In this document: positions 26,086 through 36,608 of the stretch, piece after piece | Layout of the letters: each line of letters opens with the position of its first letter | Position numbering within the stretch: the stretch's first letter is position 1 | NCBI GenBank assembly: GCA_005879535.1 | Contig: VBKI01000093.1 | Location: 16,981 to 80,980 of the forward strand | DNA: 64,000 bases | Source of the DNA: Deltaproteobacteria bacterium | GTDB lineage: Bacteria; Myxococcota; Myxococcia; Myxococcales; 40CM-4-68-19 | Direction: 5' to 3' | Program-made: the position numbers and the translations under genes | Notes under the pieces: generated by a model | The model's database searches: none | The model's input: the letters and a program-made list of their open reading frames with translations, nothing else | Told to the model about the DNA's origin: nothing

Positions 26086-26882
26086 GCGCCCGTCCCCCTC
26101 GATGGCGAAGGACGCCCGGCGCGCGCGGACTTGATCTCCCGCCACCAGAGGAAGCCCAACAGCGCGGCCAGCGCCAACGCGAACCCGCTGGCGCCGAGCC
26201 GGAGCGCACCCATGACGTAGAAGTGGTATTTGCGCGAGGCGGGATCGTACTTGAAGCAGCGGAGGATCACGCGGTCGAGGGTGGTCCCGACTTTTCCCTC
26301 GGACGCTTCCACGACGGCGAGCCGGAGATCGCGCGCCGGGAATTCCACGCCGTACAGGTAGCGGGAGATCCGGCCGTCGGGGCCGAGGATCATGCTCACC
26401 GCGGGATGCTCGTACTGCTCCGCCTCCTTGTCGTACCGGTAGCGGAAGCCCAGCGATTCGGCGAGCGTCCTGATCGCGGTGTCCCCGCCGGTGAGGAACG
26501 GCCAGTGCGCGGGATACGCTCTTCCGGCGTTGCGCAGCGTCTGCAGATATCCGCCTTGGCGCAGCCGCGCTTCCGGAACGCGGTCCTTGGGCGAGAAGCT
26601 GACCGTCAGTCCGTAGTAGTCCTCGGCGAGCCGAAGCCCGCTCTCGTTGATCGCCTTGATCACGCCTTTCTGCACCAGGCTGCAGAGCATCGGGCAGTCG
26701 AAGTAGATGAGCGTGAGGACGACCGGCTTTCCCCGCGCAGTCAGGTTACGGAGCTCCACGCGGTTGGATTCGCTGTCCATGAACCAGGCGTTGGCGACCC
26801 GCTCGCCCAGACGCTCGACCACGTCGACCGGCGCATCCTGCGCCGCCGCCACCTGTGCGAGGAGCATCAGCGCGAGAATCAC
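26082..26882 (-). CDS. SCO1/SenC family copper chaperone
   Basis: Thioredoxin-fold CxxxC motif in LIYFDCPMLCSL. Conserved downstream histidine region. C-terminal TM helix. GTGA overlap with the upstream gene. Confidence 0.85.
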   Translation of the reverse strand: MILALMLLAQVAAAQDAPVDVVERLGERVANAWFMDSESNRVELRNLTARGKPVVLTLIYFDCPMLCSLVQKGVIKAINESGLRLAEDYYGLTVSFSPKDRVPEARLRQGGYLQTLRNAGRAYPAHWPFLTGGDTAIRTLAESLGFRYRYDKEAEQYEHPAVSMILGPDGRISRYLYGVEFPARDLRLAVVEASEGKVGTTLDRVILRCFKYDPASRKYHFYVMGALRLGASGFALALAALLGFLWWREIKSARAGRPSPSRGTGA

Positions 26883-27277
26883 TTCTTCGGCTCCTTCTGC
26901 TCGGCGAGCACCAGATCCATCGCGCGATCGATGGGGATGTGGATGGTCCCCTGCTTGCGATCCATCCAGCCCCAGCTGGACAGGCGCTCGATGCGTTCGC
27001 TGCGGTACGCCTGCGAGGCCCGCGTCACGTCGAACGGCACCTGATCGACGATGCCCACCTCCGCCTTGCCCATCTCCGCCGGGATGGGAAGCGGCCCGAC
27101 GGGCTGGAGCGATCTCTCGCGCTGCTCCATGTACCGGTAGACGACGAAGGTCGCGATCGTGAAGATGAGGATGGACGCGAAGCCGGTGCCGATGACGCCG
27201 AACCAGCGGATTCCTTCCTCCGCCTGCTCCGGTGGTGGGGACATGTGCTCGGTCGAATGGGACGGTTCGTGGCTCAT
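26879..27277 (-). CDS. small membrane protein of the ACIII-caa3 cluster (uncharacterised; ActG-like position)
   Basis: 132 aa with one TM helix (WFGVIGTGFASILIFTIATFVVY) and a soluble C-terminal domain. ATGA overlap with actF upstream and GTGA overlap with SCO downstream. It is buried in a 550-aa artefactual track ORF. Confidence 0.6.
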   Translation of the reverse strand: MSHEPSHSTEHMSPPPEQAEEGIRWFGVIGTGFASILIFTIATFVVYRYMEQRERSLQPVGPLPIPAEMGKAEVGIVDQVPFDVTRASQAYRSERIERLSSWGWMDRKQGTIHIPIDRAMDLVLAEQKEPKK

Positions 27278-28485
27278 GGCTGCACGTACCTCAGAGAATC
27301 GCTCAGGAACGGATCGCCCACTGGCACTGGCCGGGCGGCGCGGAAGAGGAAGAGGGCCGCGGCGATGCTGACGCCGCCCACGCCGGCGAAGGCGGTGACG
27401 TGCGTCCAATGCAGACCGAGGCGCGCCTCCTCGGCGGCGGGCATCACCACCCAGTAGAGATCGATGTAGTGGATGACCAGCATCCAGGCGGCGACGCCAC
27501 CGAGCGCCGGCGCGCTGCGCTTCAGGTCGCGGGAAAGCAGCAGGAAGAAGGGCACCACGAAGTGTCCGACCAGGATGAGGATGCCGACCGGCCGCCACAC
27601 GCCGTGGCTGCGGACCACGATCCACTGCAACTCTTCGGGGAGGTTGCCCGCCCAGATCAGCATGTACTGCGAGAACGCCATGTACGCCCAGAAGGCGGTG
27701 AAGGCGAGCAGCAGCTTGCCGGCGTTGTGCTGCTGGTCCACCGAGATCACCGCGCCGAGCGCCGACCCGCTGGAGCGCACTCCGGTGATCACCAGGCAGA
27801 GCAGCGCGATCGAAGCGACGAAGGCGCCGATGTAGATGTAGAGGCCGAAAATGGTCGAGTACCAGGTGGGTTGCAGCGACATCAGCCAGTCGAAGGCCGC
27901 GAACGTGAAGGTGATGGCGAAGAGCAAGAGACCCGGCGGCGACCACCAGCGCGCGCGCACGGTCAAGGCCGGATCCGCCGTCTCGTCCTGACGCAGCGAC
28001 CAGGCGCGCATCAGCCAGGCGAACGCGCTCCAGACGGCGAAGTAGATCGCCGCGCGGACGATGAAGAAGCCGAGGTTCAGGTAAGGACGCTTGTGGTGCA
28101 GCAGCTCGTGCATCTCCTTGCTGACCGGTTCGTGCGGCGCGACCCAGAACCAGACGTGCTTCGCGCCGAAGAGCAGCGGGAGGAAGAGGACGATGAACAG
28201 CGGGATGACGGCGCCGAACGTCTCGCTGAAGCGGCGAACGGTCACGTTCCAGCGTGCGCCGGCCGCGTGATTCGCCATCACTAGCGTCACCGCGCCGATG
28301 GCGAGGCCGAGCCAGTACACGTAGGCGACGAGGTACGCGAGCAGCGCCCGCTGGGGCGAAACGGCCATGCCGATGAACGTCAAGAGGAGGCCGACGGCGC
28401 CGGCGATGGCCGCGCCCATGACCTGCGTCCGGCCGCCTGACCACGGGGGCAGGTTGGCATCGGGCAGCGCGCGCCGCTCCGTCAT
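27274..28485 (-). CDS. actF: Alternative Complex III subunit ActF (NrfD-like membrane subunit)
   Basis: Polytopic membrane protein homologous to ActC/NrfD. The ATG at 28485 forms an ATGA overlap with the actE stop. Confidence 0.85.
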   Translation of the reverse strand: MTERRALPDANLPPWSGGRTQVMGAAIAGAVGLLLTFIGMAVSPQRALLAYLVAYVYWLGLAIGAVTLVMANHAAGARWNVTVRRFSETFGAVIPLFIVLFLPLLFGAKHVWFWVAPHEPVSKEMHELLHHKRPYLNLGFFIVRAAIYFAVWSAFAWLMRAWSLRQDETADPALTVRARWWSPPGLLLFAITFTFAAFDWLMSLQPTWYSTIFGLYIYIGAFVASIALLCLVITGVRSSGSALGAVISVDQQHNAGKLLLAFTAFWAYMAFSQYMLIWAGNLPEELQWIVVRSHGVWRPVGILILVGHFVVPFFLLLSRDLKRSAPALGGVAAWMLVIHYIDLYWVVMPAAEEARLGLHWTHVTAFAGVGGVSIAAALFLFRAARPVPVGDPFLSDSLRYVQP

Positions 28486-29060
28486 CGTTCCTTCTCCGCG
28501 CGCAGCTTCTGCCGGATGTCCGGCGGGGCATCGGCGAGCGTCGCGGATTGGCTCCGCCGCAGCGCCTGCAGATACGCCACCACCGCCCACCTTTCCTGGG
28601 GCGTGAGCTCGGGGGCGTAGGAGGCCATCAGGCCGTAGCCCTCGCTGATCACCTGGAAGACGTGGCCGGGGCCTGGATTGCTCAGCTTGTGCAGGTTGGG
28701 CGGCGGCCGCAGCGACATCTGCGTGGCGACCAGGGAGACCCCGTCGCCCACCAGACCGTGGCAGACGGCGCAGTGGATCTCGAACTTCGTACGACCCTGC
28801 AGCATCAGCTCGCGCGTCAGCGGGATGGGGATGGCGCTGACGATCTGACCGGCGCGGTCGCGCCCGGTGGTGATTTCCGGGCGCAGCGTCTGCCGCTCGC
28901 GCGGAACCGTGCCCTCGGGCGGCTGGCGCATGGCGCGCCCGTCCTCGTAGAGCGGGTTGCCGGCGAACGGCTTGAACTTGGGCTGACGCTCCATCGGATC
29001 GAACAGCGTGGTGTCGCCGCAGGCGGTCGCGAGCGCCGCGAGGAGGAGGAGGCGCTTCAT
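28482..29060 (-). CDS. actE: Alternative Complex III subunit ActE (monoheme cytochrome c lipoprotein)
   Basis: Lipobox [14 protein letters not shown]. Single CAVCH heme motif. ATGA overlap at both ends. Confidence 0.85.
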   Translation of the reverse strand: MKRLLLLAALATACGDTTLFDPMERQPKFKPFAGNPLYEDGRAMRQPPEGTVPRERQTLRPEITTGRDRAGQIVSAIPIPLTRELMLQGRTKFEIHCAVCHGLVGDGVSLVATQMSLRPPPNLHKLSNPGPGHVFQVISEGYGLMASYAPELTPQERWAVVAYLQALRRSQSATLADAPPDIRQKLRAEKER

Positions 29061-29587
29061 GTGGCCTCCGCCACGGTGTGCACCTTGTGCGCGCCCGCTT
29101 CGCGGAACTTCCTCTCCAGATCGGCGACGGCGTTCTCGTCGGAGGTTTCCGCGCTGATCCAGAAGGCGTCGAGCGAGGCGGTGCGGAACCGCTCGGACTC
29201 GAAGACCGGGTGGTAGGTGCGCGGCAGCCTGAAGAACCAGAAGATCGAGCCGAAGAAGATCGAGAGCACCGCGATCAGCACGCCGGACTCGAAGGTGATG
29301 GGAATGTTCGTCCAGAAGCCGTGCTGGGGACGGCTGCCCACGTTGATCGGGTATGCCCTGCTGTTCAGGTACCATTGCAGGGTGTAGCCGCCGAGCGCGC
29401 CCAAGACGCCTCCGGTGAGGGCCACCACCGGCACCTTGCTGCGCTGAATCGCCAAGGCATCGTCGATCCCGTGCAGGGGATAGGGCGAGTACGCATCGAG
29501 GCCCTGGACGCCGCCCTCGCGCAGCCTGCGCGCCGCCTCGACGCAGGCGTCGGGCTCGGTGAATTCGCCGAGGACGAAGCGCCTCAT
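29057..29587 (-). CDS. actD: Alternative Complex III subunit ActD (DUF3341)
   Basis: Typical ActD layout: an N-terminal soluble part, two TM helices and a C-terminal domain. Position lies between actC and actE. Confidence 0.85.
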   Translation of the reverse strand: MRRFVLGEFTEPDACVEAARRLREGGVQGLDAYSPYPLHGIDDALAIQRSKVPVVALTGGVLGALGGYTLQWYLNSRAYPINVGSRPQHGFWTNIPITFESGVLIAVLSIFFGSIFWFFRLPRTYHPVFESERFRTASLDAFWISAETSDENAVADLERKFREAGAHKVHTVAEAT

Positions 29588-30987
29588 GGACGCGCTCCTT
29601 CCAGCTCGCTCATTCCGCCCCCGTGAGCCAGCTCATGGTTCAGCTCCTTCAACTCGCTCGTGGCCACGGCCGGAAGGAACTTGAGGAAGATGAGGAAGAG
29701 GGTCCCGAAGAAGCAGATGGTCCCGAAGAGGAGCGAGAGATCCACCCAGGTCGGGTAGTACATCGCCCAGTTCGAGGGAATGAAGTCCTGGTGCAGCGAA
29801 GTGACGATGATGTTGAAGCGCTCGAACCACATCCCGACGTTCACCAGCACCGCCCCGATCCACAGCGTCCAGACGTTCCGGCGCGCCCACCGGGTCCAGA
29901 ACATCTGCGGCACGACCACGTTGCAGAACATCTGGGTGAAGTAGGCCCAGGCGTAGGGGCCCCTGGGGCGGGTGACGAAGAAGATGTGCTGCTCGTATTC
30001 GTTGCCGCTGTACCAGGCGGCGAAGTGCTCCATCAGATAGCCGTACTCGACGATCAGGCCGGTGAGCAGCATCACCTTGGCCATCGCTTCCAGGTGACGG
30101 GCAGTCACGACGTGCTTCAGCCCCATGTAGCGGCGCGCCGGGATGAGCAGCGTCAACACCATGGCGAAGCCCGAGAAGACGGCGCCGGCGACGAAGTACG
30201 GCGGGAAGATGGTGGTGTGCCAGCCGGGCAGGATGGAAAGGGCGAAGTCCCAGGACACGATGGTGTGGACCGAGAGCACCAGCGGCGTGGCGAGGCCCGC
30301 CAGCAGCAGGTACGCGATCTTGTAGTGGTGCCAGTGCCGCGCGCTGCCGCGCCACCCGAGCGCGAAGATGCCGTAACCGATGCGGGCGCGCCGGCTGGTA
30401 GAGCTGTCGCGCAGTGCAGCCAGGTCGGGGATCAGTCCCAGGTACCAGAAGAGCAGCGAAGTGATGAAGTACGTGCTCACCGCGAACACGTCCCACATCA
30501 GGGGGCTCTTGAACTGCGGCCAGATCGAATTCGTGCTCGGGTATGGGAACAGCCAGTAGATGGCGAACCACGGGCGCCCGGTGTGCAGCACCGGGAACAA
30601 CGCCGCCTGCATGACGGCGAAGAGCGTCATAGCCTCGGCGAACCGGTTGATGCTGGTGCGCCACTTCTGCTGGAAGAGGAGCAGGATCGCGCTGATCAGC
30701 GTGCCGGCGTGCCCGATCCCGATCCACCAGACGAAATTGATGATCCCGAACGCCCAGCCGACGGGGATGTTGTTGCCCCACAGCCCGATGCCCTTCGCGA
30801 TGGTCAGCGCGATCGCCGAGAAGAGCACGCCGGTGCCGGCCATGCCGAGCAGCAGCAGCGCGAGCCATCCCCGCTGCGGCGCCTGCCAGACGTAGGCGTT
30901 GAGCGACTTGTTCAGCGTGCCGTCGTCCTGGGCCCCCTCGATCAGAGGAAGCGGGAGCAGCCGCGCGTCGAGGACCGCTTCCGCCAT
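29584..30987 (-). CDS. actC: Alternative Complex III subunit ActC (NrfD/PsrC-like quinol-interacting membrane subunit)
   Basis: Real start is [11 protein letters not shown] at 30987 (TGATG junction with actB). NrfD-like 10-TM protein. The upstream part of the 702-aa track ORF is out-of-frame actB sequence. Confidence 0.9.
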   Translation of the reverse strand: MAEAVLDARLLPLPLIEGAQDDGTLNKSLNAYVWQAPQRGWLALLLLGMAGTGVLFSAIALTIAKGIGLWGNNIPVGWAFGIINFVWWIGIGHAGTLISAILLLFQQKWRTSINRFAEAMTLFAVMQAALFPVLHTGRPWFAIYWLFPYPSTNSIWPQFKSPLMWDVFAVSTYFITSLLFWYLGLIPDLAALRDSSTSRRARIGYGIFALGWRGSARHWHHYKIAYLLLAGLATPLVLSVHTIVSWDFALSILPGWHTTIFPPYFVAGAVFSGFAMVLTLLIPARRYMGLKHVVTARHLEAMAKVMLLTGLIVEYGYLMEHFAAWYSGNEYEQHIFFVTRPRGPYAWAYFTQMFCNVVVPQMFWTRWARRNVWTLWIGAVLVNVGMWFERFNIIVTSLHQDFIPSNWAMYYPTWVDLSLLFGTICFFGTLFLIFLKFLPAVATSELKELNHELAHGGGMSELEGARP

Positions 30988-33938
30988 CACGCCAGCTCCG
31001 GGTTGGGGTTCATGACGCGCGCCAGGTACGCGGTCCGCGGCCGCGTCCCCAGCTCGTGCAGCAGGTCGTAGCGGCGCTCCGCTTCGTGCAGCTTGCGCAC
31101 CTTCGCGTTCGAGTCGTTGAGATCGCCGAAGACGATGGCTTCGGCGGGGCAGGCCTGCTGGCAGGCCGTGAGCACCTCGCCGTCGCGGATCCGGCGATCC
31201 TGCAGGCGGGTGTGGATGCGGGCGCGCTCGATCCGCTGCACGCAATAGGTGCACTTCTCCATGACGCCGCGCGCGCGCACCGTCACGTCCGGGTTGAAGG
31301 CCATCTTCTCCGTGTCGGTGTAGTCCGACGTGTACGAGAAGAAGTTGAACCGGCGGACCTTGTACGGGCAGTTGTTCGAGCAGTACCGCGTGCCGACGCA
31401 CCGGTTGTAGACCATCTCGTTGAGGCCCTCGTCGCTGTGGACGGTCGCGTTGACGGGGCACACGTACTCGCAGGGCGCATATTCGCAGTGCACGCACATC
31501 AGCGGCTGGAAGACGACGCCGGGGTTCCCGGTATCGTCGCCGGTGAAGTAGCGGTCGACGCGCAGCCAGTGCATTTCGCGGCTCTTCGCCACCTGCTCCT
31601 TGCCGACCATCGGAATGTTGTTCTCGGCGACGCAGGCGATCATGCAGGAGCTGCAGCCGGTGCAGCGCGAGAGATCGATCGCCATGCCCCATCGGTACCC
31701 GGCGTAGCTGTCCCCCGGGTATGCGGTCAGGAGCGAGCCCCGGTGCTCGGCCAGCTCCTCGCCGGTCTCCTTCAGTTTCGCCACGGTAGTGGAGGCCGCG
31801 ATCAGCCGACCCTCCATCGAGTGGTGCTCCTGCGTCTGCGCGATCAGCGCTCTTCCGCCGACTCGCGTGACCGTCAAGCCCGGCGCAAACCAGGGGTGGT
31901 CGCTGTGGCGCAAGGTGCTGGTGTCGAATCCCAGATCACGACAGAGCGCTTCGCCCGCTCCGCGGCGCCCGTATCCGAGGGAGACGGTGACGCAGTCCTC
32001 GGCATGACCCGGCGCGAGCACGACCGGAGCGTGCGCCGGCGGCCCGCGGAGGCCGAGATCGACGCGCTCACCCTGGCTGAGGCCGAGCTTCTTCGCGGTG
32101 TTCGGCGCGATCAGCGCCGCGTTCTCCCAGGTGACCTTCGTCACCGGATCAGGCAGTTCCTGCAGCCAGGAGATGTTGCCGAATCGGCCGTCCCAAACGC
32201 GGTAGTCCGGGACGATGTTGATCTCCAGGCCTGGCGCCGACTCCGACGCCGGGACCTGCATCGCCGCGGCGAGGATCTGCTCGTGGCGCACTGCCGGCGA
32301 TTCAGGGCGTGTCGCCGTGCCCGAGATGAAGCCGTCGGCGAGCCATTTCTCCCAATTGAGCGCGAACTCGCCGGGCCTCTGCGACTGCCAGAGCTCGCGC
32401 AGCTGCGTGTACGCCGTGCGATCGCCCTCGCCGAGAAAAGCGGCGAGCGTCTCGGCCTCGCTCACGCCGGCATAGAGCGGCGAGATCAGCGGCTGCACGA
32501 AGGTGACGGTCCCGTCGTGCGCCCGCGCGTCGCCCCAGCTCTCCAGCGGATGTAGCGCCGGGAGTACCCAGCCGGCGCGCTCCGCCGTCTCGTCGAGGTA
32601 CAGCGAGCGGTACACGGAGAAGGGCACCTGCGAAAGCGCCTTTCCGAAATTGAGGTCGGCAGGCGCGCCGTAGACCGGGTTCCACGCGGTGATCACGAGC
32701 GTGCCGACGCGGCCGGCGCGCATCTCCTCGCTGAGCTGACGCAGCGAGCGCGGGCCGGCGTCGGTCTCGTGCAGCACCGGGCGCGCGACGGCGGCGCAGG
32801 CGCTGACCAAGGCGGTGTTGATCGCGTGCGCCACGGCGTGCAGCACCGGCGGCTGGCGCGCCCCGACGCAGACCAGGGAGCCGCCGGCGGCCTTCACCAG
32901 ATCCTTCGCCACGGCATCGGCGAACTTCGCGCTCTCCGCTGGCAGCCGGAACCGCTGTTGCAGCGGCGCGTAGCGCGCGAGCGCCGGCACCTGCGCCGCG
33001 AGCCGGCCCAGCAACGCGAGCCCGAAGCGATGCACGTCGGTCGGCTTCAGGCGCAGGCGGTGATCGGCGTTCATTCCCGTCACCGTCAGGTTGCTTTCGA
33101 CGGCGTAGAGCCTCGCCATCGGCCCCTGTTCGGGGTCGCGCTTTGCCGCCCAATCGCCCATCGCGGAAAGCGTCCCCGGCAGGGCCGCGAGAAGGTCCGA
33201 GTCCAGCGAAAGCACGACGCGCGCCCGGGAAAGATCGAGGCGCGTCTCGTAAGCGCCGCCGTAGGCGAGCTGCGCTCCGTCGTGGACCTGCTGCAGCGGG
33301 ATGGCGCTCCAGGAGGAGAACCTGGCGCGCGGATAGAGGTCGGTCAGCCGCTGGCGCAGGTGCGCGATGAGCGGCGAGGAACCGGGCTCCATCAGGAAGC
33401 GCAGCCCCTCTCCGCGGGCGTCGCGCACGGCCCGCGCTCTTGCGGCCGCGGCCTGGAGGAAGTCGCGCCAGGATCGATCCTGGCCGCGGTTCTGCACGAC
33501 CTTCAGGCGTTGCGGGTCGTACAGTCTCAGCAGCTCCGCCTGTTCCAGCGGCCCCACCGCTCCGCGGCTCGAGGGGTGATCGGGATTGCCCTCGATCTTC
33601 GTCGGCCGCCCTTCGTTGGCGGTGACCAGCAGGCCGGTGGCGCGGCCGTCGATGGTGGTCGCCGTCGCGTAGTGAAGAGGATTTCCGGGCGTCACTTCCG
33701 GCGGCTGTCGCGTGTACGGAAGGATCTTTTCGTCCGGCGGCTTCAGGCATCCACCGAGGGTGGCCAGCGCGGCCGAGGCGCCAAGGAGCTGCAGCACGCT
33801 TCGCCGCGAAGTCGCGTCGTCGGGAGGTGCCTCGGGTCGCAGCTCCCGTGAGAGAGCCGGCGCCGCAGCGTGCTCGTCGAGGCCGCGCCAAACCTTCTGC
33901 CGCTGGCCGGCAATGGGAAGTGACTTCAGCGATGGCAT
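30987..33938 (-). CDS. actB: Alternative Complex III subunit ActB (molybdopterin-like domain fused to a 4Fe-4S ferredoxin domain)
   Basis: Tat-like signal [21 protein letters not shown]. The C-terminal part has multiple CxxCxxCxxxC clusters ([35 protein letters not shown]). Confidence 0.9.
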   Translation of the reverse strand: MPSLKSLPIAGQRQKVWRGLDEHAAAPALSRELRPEAPPDDATSRRSVLQLLGASAALATLGGCLKPPDEKILPYTRQPPEVTPGNPLHYATATTIDGRATGLLVTANEGRPTKIEGNPDHPSSRGAVGPLEQAELLRLYDPQRLKVVQNRGQDRSWRDFLQAAAARARAVRDARGEGLRFLMEPGSSPLIAHLRQRLTDLYPRARFSSWSAIPLQQVHDGAQLAYGGAYETRLDLSRARVVLSLDSDLLAALPGTLSAMGDWAAKRDPEQGPMARLYAVESNLTVTGMNADHRLRLKPTDVHRFGLALLGRLAAQVPALARYAPLQQRFRLPAESAKFADAVAKDLVKAAGGSLVCVGARQPPVLHAVAHAINTALVSACAAVARPVLHETDAGPRSLRQLSEEMRAGRVGTLVITAWNPVYGAPADLNFGKALSQVPFSVYRSLYLDETAERAGWVLPALHPLESWGDARAHDGTVTFVQPLISPLYAGVSEAETLAAFLGEGDRTAYTQLRELWQSQRPGEFALNWEKWLADGFISGTATRPESPAVRHEQILAAAMQVPASESAPGLEINIVPDYRVWDGRFGNISWLQELPDPVTKVTWENAALIAPNTAKKLGLSQGERVDLGLRGPPAHAPVVLAPGHAEDCVTVSLGYGRRGAGEALCRDLGFDTSTLRHSDHPWFAPGLTVTRVGGRALIAQTQEHHSMEGRLIAASTTVAKLKETGEELAEHRGSLLTAYPGDSYAGYRWGMAIDLSRCTGCSSCMIACVAENNIPMVGKEQVAKSREMHWLRVDRYFTGDDTGNPGVVFQPLMCVHCEYAPCEYVCPVNATVHSDEGLNEMVYNRCVGTRYCSNNCPYKVRRFNFFSYTSDYTDTEKMAFNPDVTVRARGVMEKCTYCVQRIERARIHTRLQDRRIRDGEVLTACQQACPAEAIVFGDLNDSNAKVRKLHEAERRYDLLHELGTRPRTAYLARVMNPNPELA

Positions 33939-34579
33939 GTGGTGCAGCTCGTGCGGGTCTCGACGTGGTACTGCTCTTTCAGCTCCCGGCCGATCGCGAG
34001 CTGATCGCTCTTCGGCTTGTAGGTCATGCTGGTGACCTGATCGCGCGGTCGCAGATATCTCTCCGGCTGGCGATGGCACTCCAGGCACCACCCCATGGTC
34101 AGCGGTTGCGCCTTTTCCACCTGCGCCATCTCGTCGACGCGGCCATGGCAGGTGACGCAACCGACACCCTGCTTCACGTGGATGGAATGGTTGAAGTAGA
34201 CGAAGTGCGGCAGCTTGTTGACCTTGTTCCAGACGATGGGCCGGTCGGCGAAATAGCTCTCGCGGACCGGCGCTAGCTTGGGGCTCTTGTTCCAGATCTG
34301 CTCGTGGCAGTTCAGGCAGAGCGAGGTCGGCGGCACGCCGGCTGCAGGCGACTTCTCCACCAGGTAATGGCAGTAGCGGCAGTCGATGCCTTCATCGCCG
34401 ACGTGGTGGCGATGGTCGAACTGCACCGGCTGGTCCACCGGATCCTGTTGCTGCGTATAGAACGGCGTCCGTACGTAGATCATCGGGCCTGCAATCAACC
34501 CGCCGCCGAATAGCAGCGCGAGGGCGAACAGCGCGATCCGGAACGCGGTGTTCGAAGAGGGCTTGAACAGAGAGCTCAT
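33926..34579 (-). CDS. actA: Alternative Complex III subunit ActA (pentaheme cytochrome c)
   Basis: N-terminal TM anchor plus five CxxCH motifs (CRYCH, CLNCH, CVTCH, CLECH, CTTCH). Confidence 0.9.
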   Translation of the reverse strand: MSSLFKPSSNTAFRIALFALALLFGGGLIAGPMIYVRTPFYTQQQDPVDQPVQFDHRHHVGDEGIDCRYCHYLVEKSPAAGVPPTSLCLNCHEQIWNKSPKLAPVRESYFADRPIVWNKVNKLPHFVYFNHSIHVKQGVGCVTCHGRVDEMAQVEKAQPLTMGWCLECHRQPERYLRPRDQVTSMTYKPKSDQLAIGRELKEQYHVETRTSCTTCHR

Positions 34580-34799
34580 TCCGTTCTCACGGGGTCCGGA
34601 CTGCCCAGGCTTTTGGTAGCCGAAAAATTTTCGCGGAAGCGGATGCAGAATGCCGCAGCGACCGAACGTCGCACTCCCTCAGTCGCCTGCGAGCGCGCGA
34701 GGGTGTGAGGATGCTGCCCATTGATCCACCGAGTTGGCAAGCGCCGACTCGGCACGTGTCCTGTGCGCGTCAGGTAACTACCCTGACACGGAGGCTCGT

Positions 34800-36605
34800 A
34801 TGGCAAAGACGGTGGGCGATTTTCTCTACCAGCGGCTGCGCGCGTGGGGAGTGCAGCGGGTCTTTGGCTATCCCGGGGACGGGATCAACGGGATCATGGC
34901 CGCGTTCGAGCACGCGGGCGACGAGCGACCGCGGTTCATCCAGGCGCGTCACGAGGAACTGGCCGCATTCATGGCCGGCGCCCATGCAAAGTTTACCGGC
35001 GAACCCGGAGTATGCCTCGCGACCTCGGGACCCGGCGCGATCCACCTGCTCAACGGCCTTTACGACGCCGCGATGGATCACCAGCCGGTGGTGGCCATCG
35101 TCGGGCAGTCCGCGACCACGGCGCTCGGCGGCGAATACCAGCAGGAGGTCGACCTCCAGAACCTGTTCAAGGACGTGGCGCACAACTACGTGACGACGGT
35201 GACGGCACCCTCGTCGGTCCGTCACGCGATCGATCGCGCCTTCCGCATTGCAATCTCCGAGAAGTGCGTCACCTGCGTCATCGTTCCGAAGGACTTGCAG
35301 GAGGAGAAGGCGGTCGAGCAGCAGGAACACGCGCACAACACCATCCACTCCAGCGTCGGCTACACGGCGCCCCGCATCGTTCCCCGCGACGAAGACCTGA
35401 AGCGCGCCGCGGAGGTGCTCAATGCCGGGCAGAAGGTGGCGATGCTCGTCGGCGCCGGCTGCATGCGTGCGGCGGCCGAGGTGGTGCAGGTGGCGGACGT
35501 GCTCGGCGCGGGCATTGCCAAGGCGCTATTGGGAAAGGCCGTCCTTCCCGACGATACCCCCGGGTGCACCGGAAGCATTGGTCTGCTCGGCACCAAGGCG
35601 TCGTGGAAGATGATGAGCGAGTGCGACACGCTGCTGATGGTGGGCTCGTCGTTCCCCTACTCGGAGTTCCTCCCGAAGGAGGGTCAGGCTCGCGGCGTGC
35701 AGATCGATCTGAAGGGCCGCATGCTCGGGATCCGCTATCCGATGGAGGTGAACCTGCACGGCGACGCGGCGGAGACCCTGCGGGCGCTCCTTCCGTATCT
35801 GAAGCGGAAGGTGAATCGCGGCTGGCGCCAGCAGATCGAGGGCAGCATGCGCGAATGGCGGCAGATCCTCGAGGCGCACGCTGCCGTGGAGGCGAAGCCG
35901 ATCAACCCGGCGTTCGTGTACCGCGAGTTGAACAAGCGCCTCCCGGAGCGCGCGATCTTCACCGCCGACTCCGGCAGCTCGGCTACCTGGTACGCGCGGT
36001 ATCTCGATTTCCGGGCGGGAATGATGGGCTCGCTCTCGGGCAATCTGGCGACCATGGGCCCGGCGATGCCCTATGCCGTGGCGGCGAAGTTTGCTTACCC
36101 GGACCGGCCGGTCTTCGCGCTCGTCGGCGACGGCGCGATGCAGATGAACGGCAACAACGTCCTCGTCACCGTCAAGAAGTACTGGAGGGAGTGGAAGGAC
36201 CCGCGCTTCGTCGTGCTCGTCCTCAACAACCGCGATCTCAACATGGTCACCTGGGAGCTGCGAGCGCAGGCCGGCGAGCCCAAGTTCGAAGGGTCGCAAG
36301 AGATCCCGGACTTTCCCTACGCGGGGTACGCCGAATCTCTCGGCTTGCTCGGTCTTCGCGTCGACCGGCCCGAGGACGTCGGACGGACCTGGGATGCCGC
36401 CCTGGCGGCGGACCGGCCGGTGCTGGTGGAAGCGCTCGTGGATCCGGAATTTCCCATGATGCCGCCGCACGTCACGCTCGAGGAAGCGAAGGCGTACGCG
36501 AAGGCGGTTCTCAAGGGGGATCCCGACAAGCGGCACATGATCGGCGAGACGATCAAAGCGGCGGTGGCCGGCGTCTTCAAGAAAGACGGCGAGAAAGGCG
36601 GATAA
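34800..36605 (+). CDS. thiamine-pyrophosphate enzyme, pyruvate oxidase/PoxB-like
   Basis: ATG at 34800 with GGAGG upstream. The TPP_enzyme N, M and C domains are present, with a GDG..QMN motif (VGDGAMQMNGNN). Confidence 0.9.
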   Translation: MAKTVGDFLYQRLRAWGVQRVFGYPGDGINGIMAAFEHAGDERPRFIQARHEELAAFMAGAHAKFTGEPGVCLATSGPGAIHLLNGLYDAAMDHQPVVAIVGQSATTALGGEYQQEVDLQNLFKDVAHNYVTTVTAPSSVRHAIDRAFRIAISEKCVTCVIVPKDLQEEKAVEQQEHAHNTIHSSVGYTAPRIVPRDEDLKRAAEVLNAGQKVAMLVGAGCMRAAAEVVQVADVLGAGIAKALLGKAVLPDDTPGCTGSIGLLGTKASWKMMSECDTLLMVGSSFPYSEFLPKEGQARGVQIDLKGRMLGIRYPMEVNLHGDAAETLRALLPYLKRKVNRGWRQQIEGSMREWRQILEAHAAVEAKPINPAFVYRELNKRLPERAIFTADSGSSATWYARYLDFRAGMMGSLSGNLATMGPAMPYAVAAKFAYPDRPVFALVGDGAMQMNGNNVLVTVKKYWREWKDPRFVVLVLNNRDLNMVTWELRAQAGEPKFEGSQEIPDFPYAGYAESLGLLGLRVDRPEDVGRTWDAALAADRPVLVEALVDPEFPMMPPHVTLEEAKAYAKAVLKGDPDKRHMIGETIKAAVAGVFKKDGEKGG

Positions 36606-36608
36606 CCG

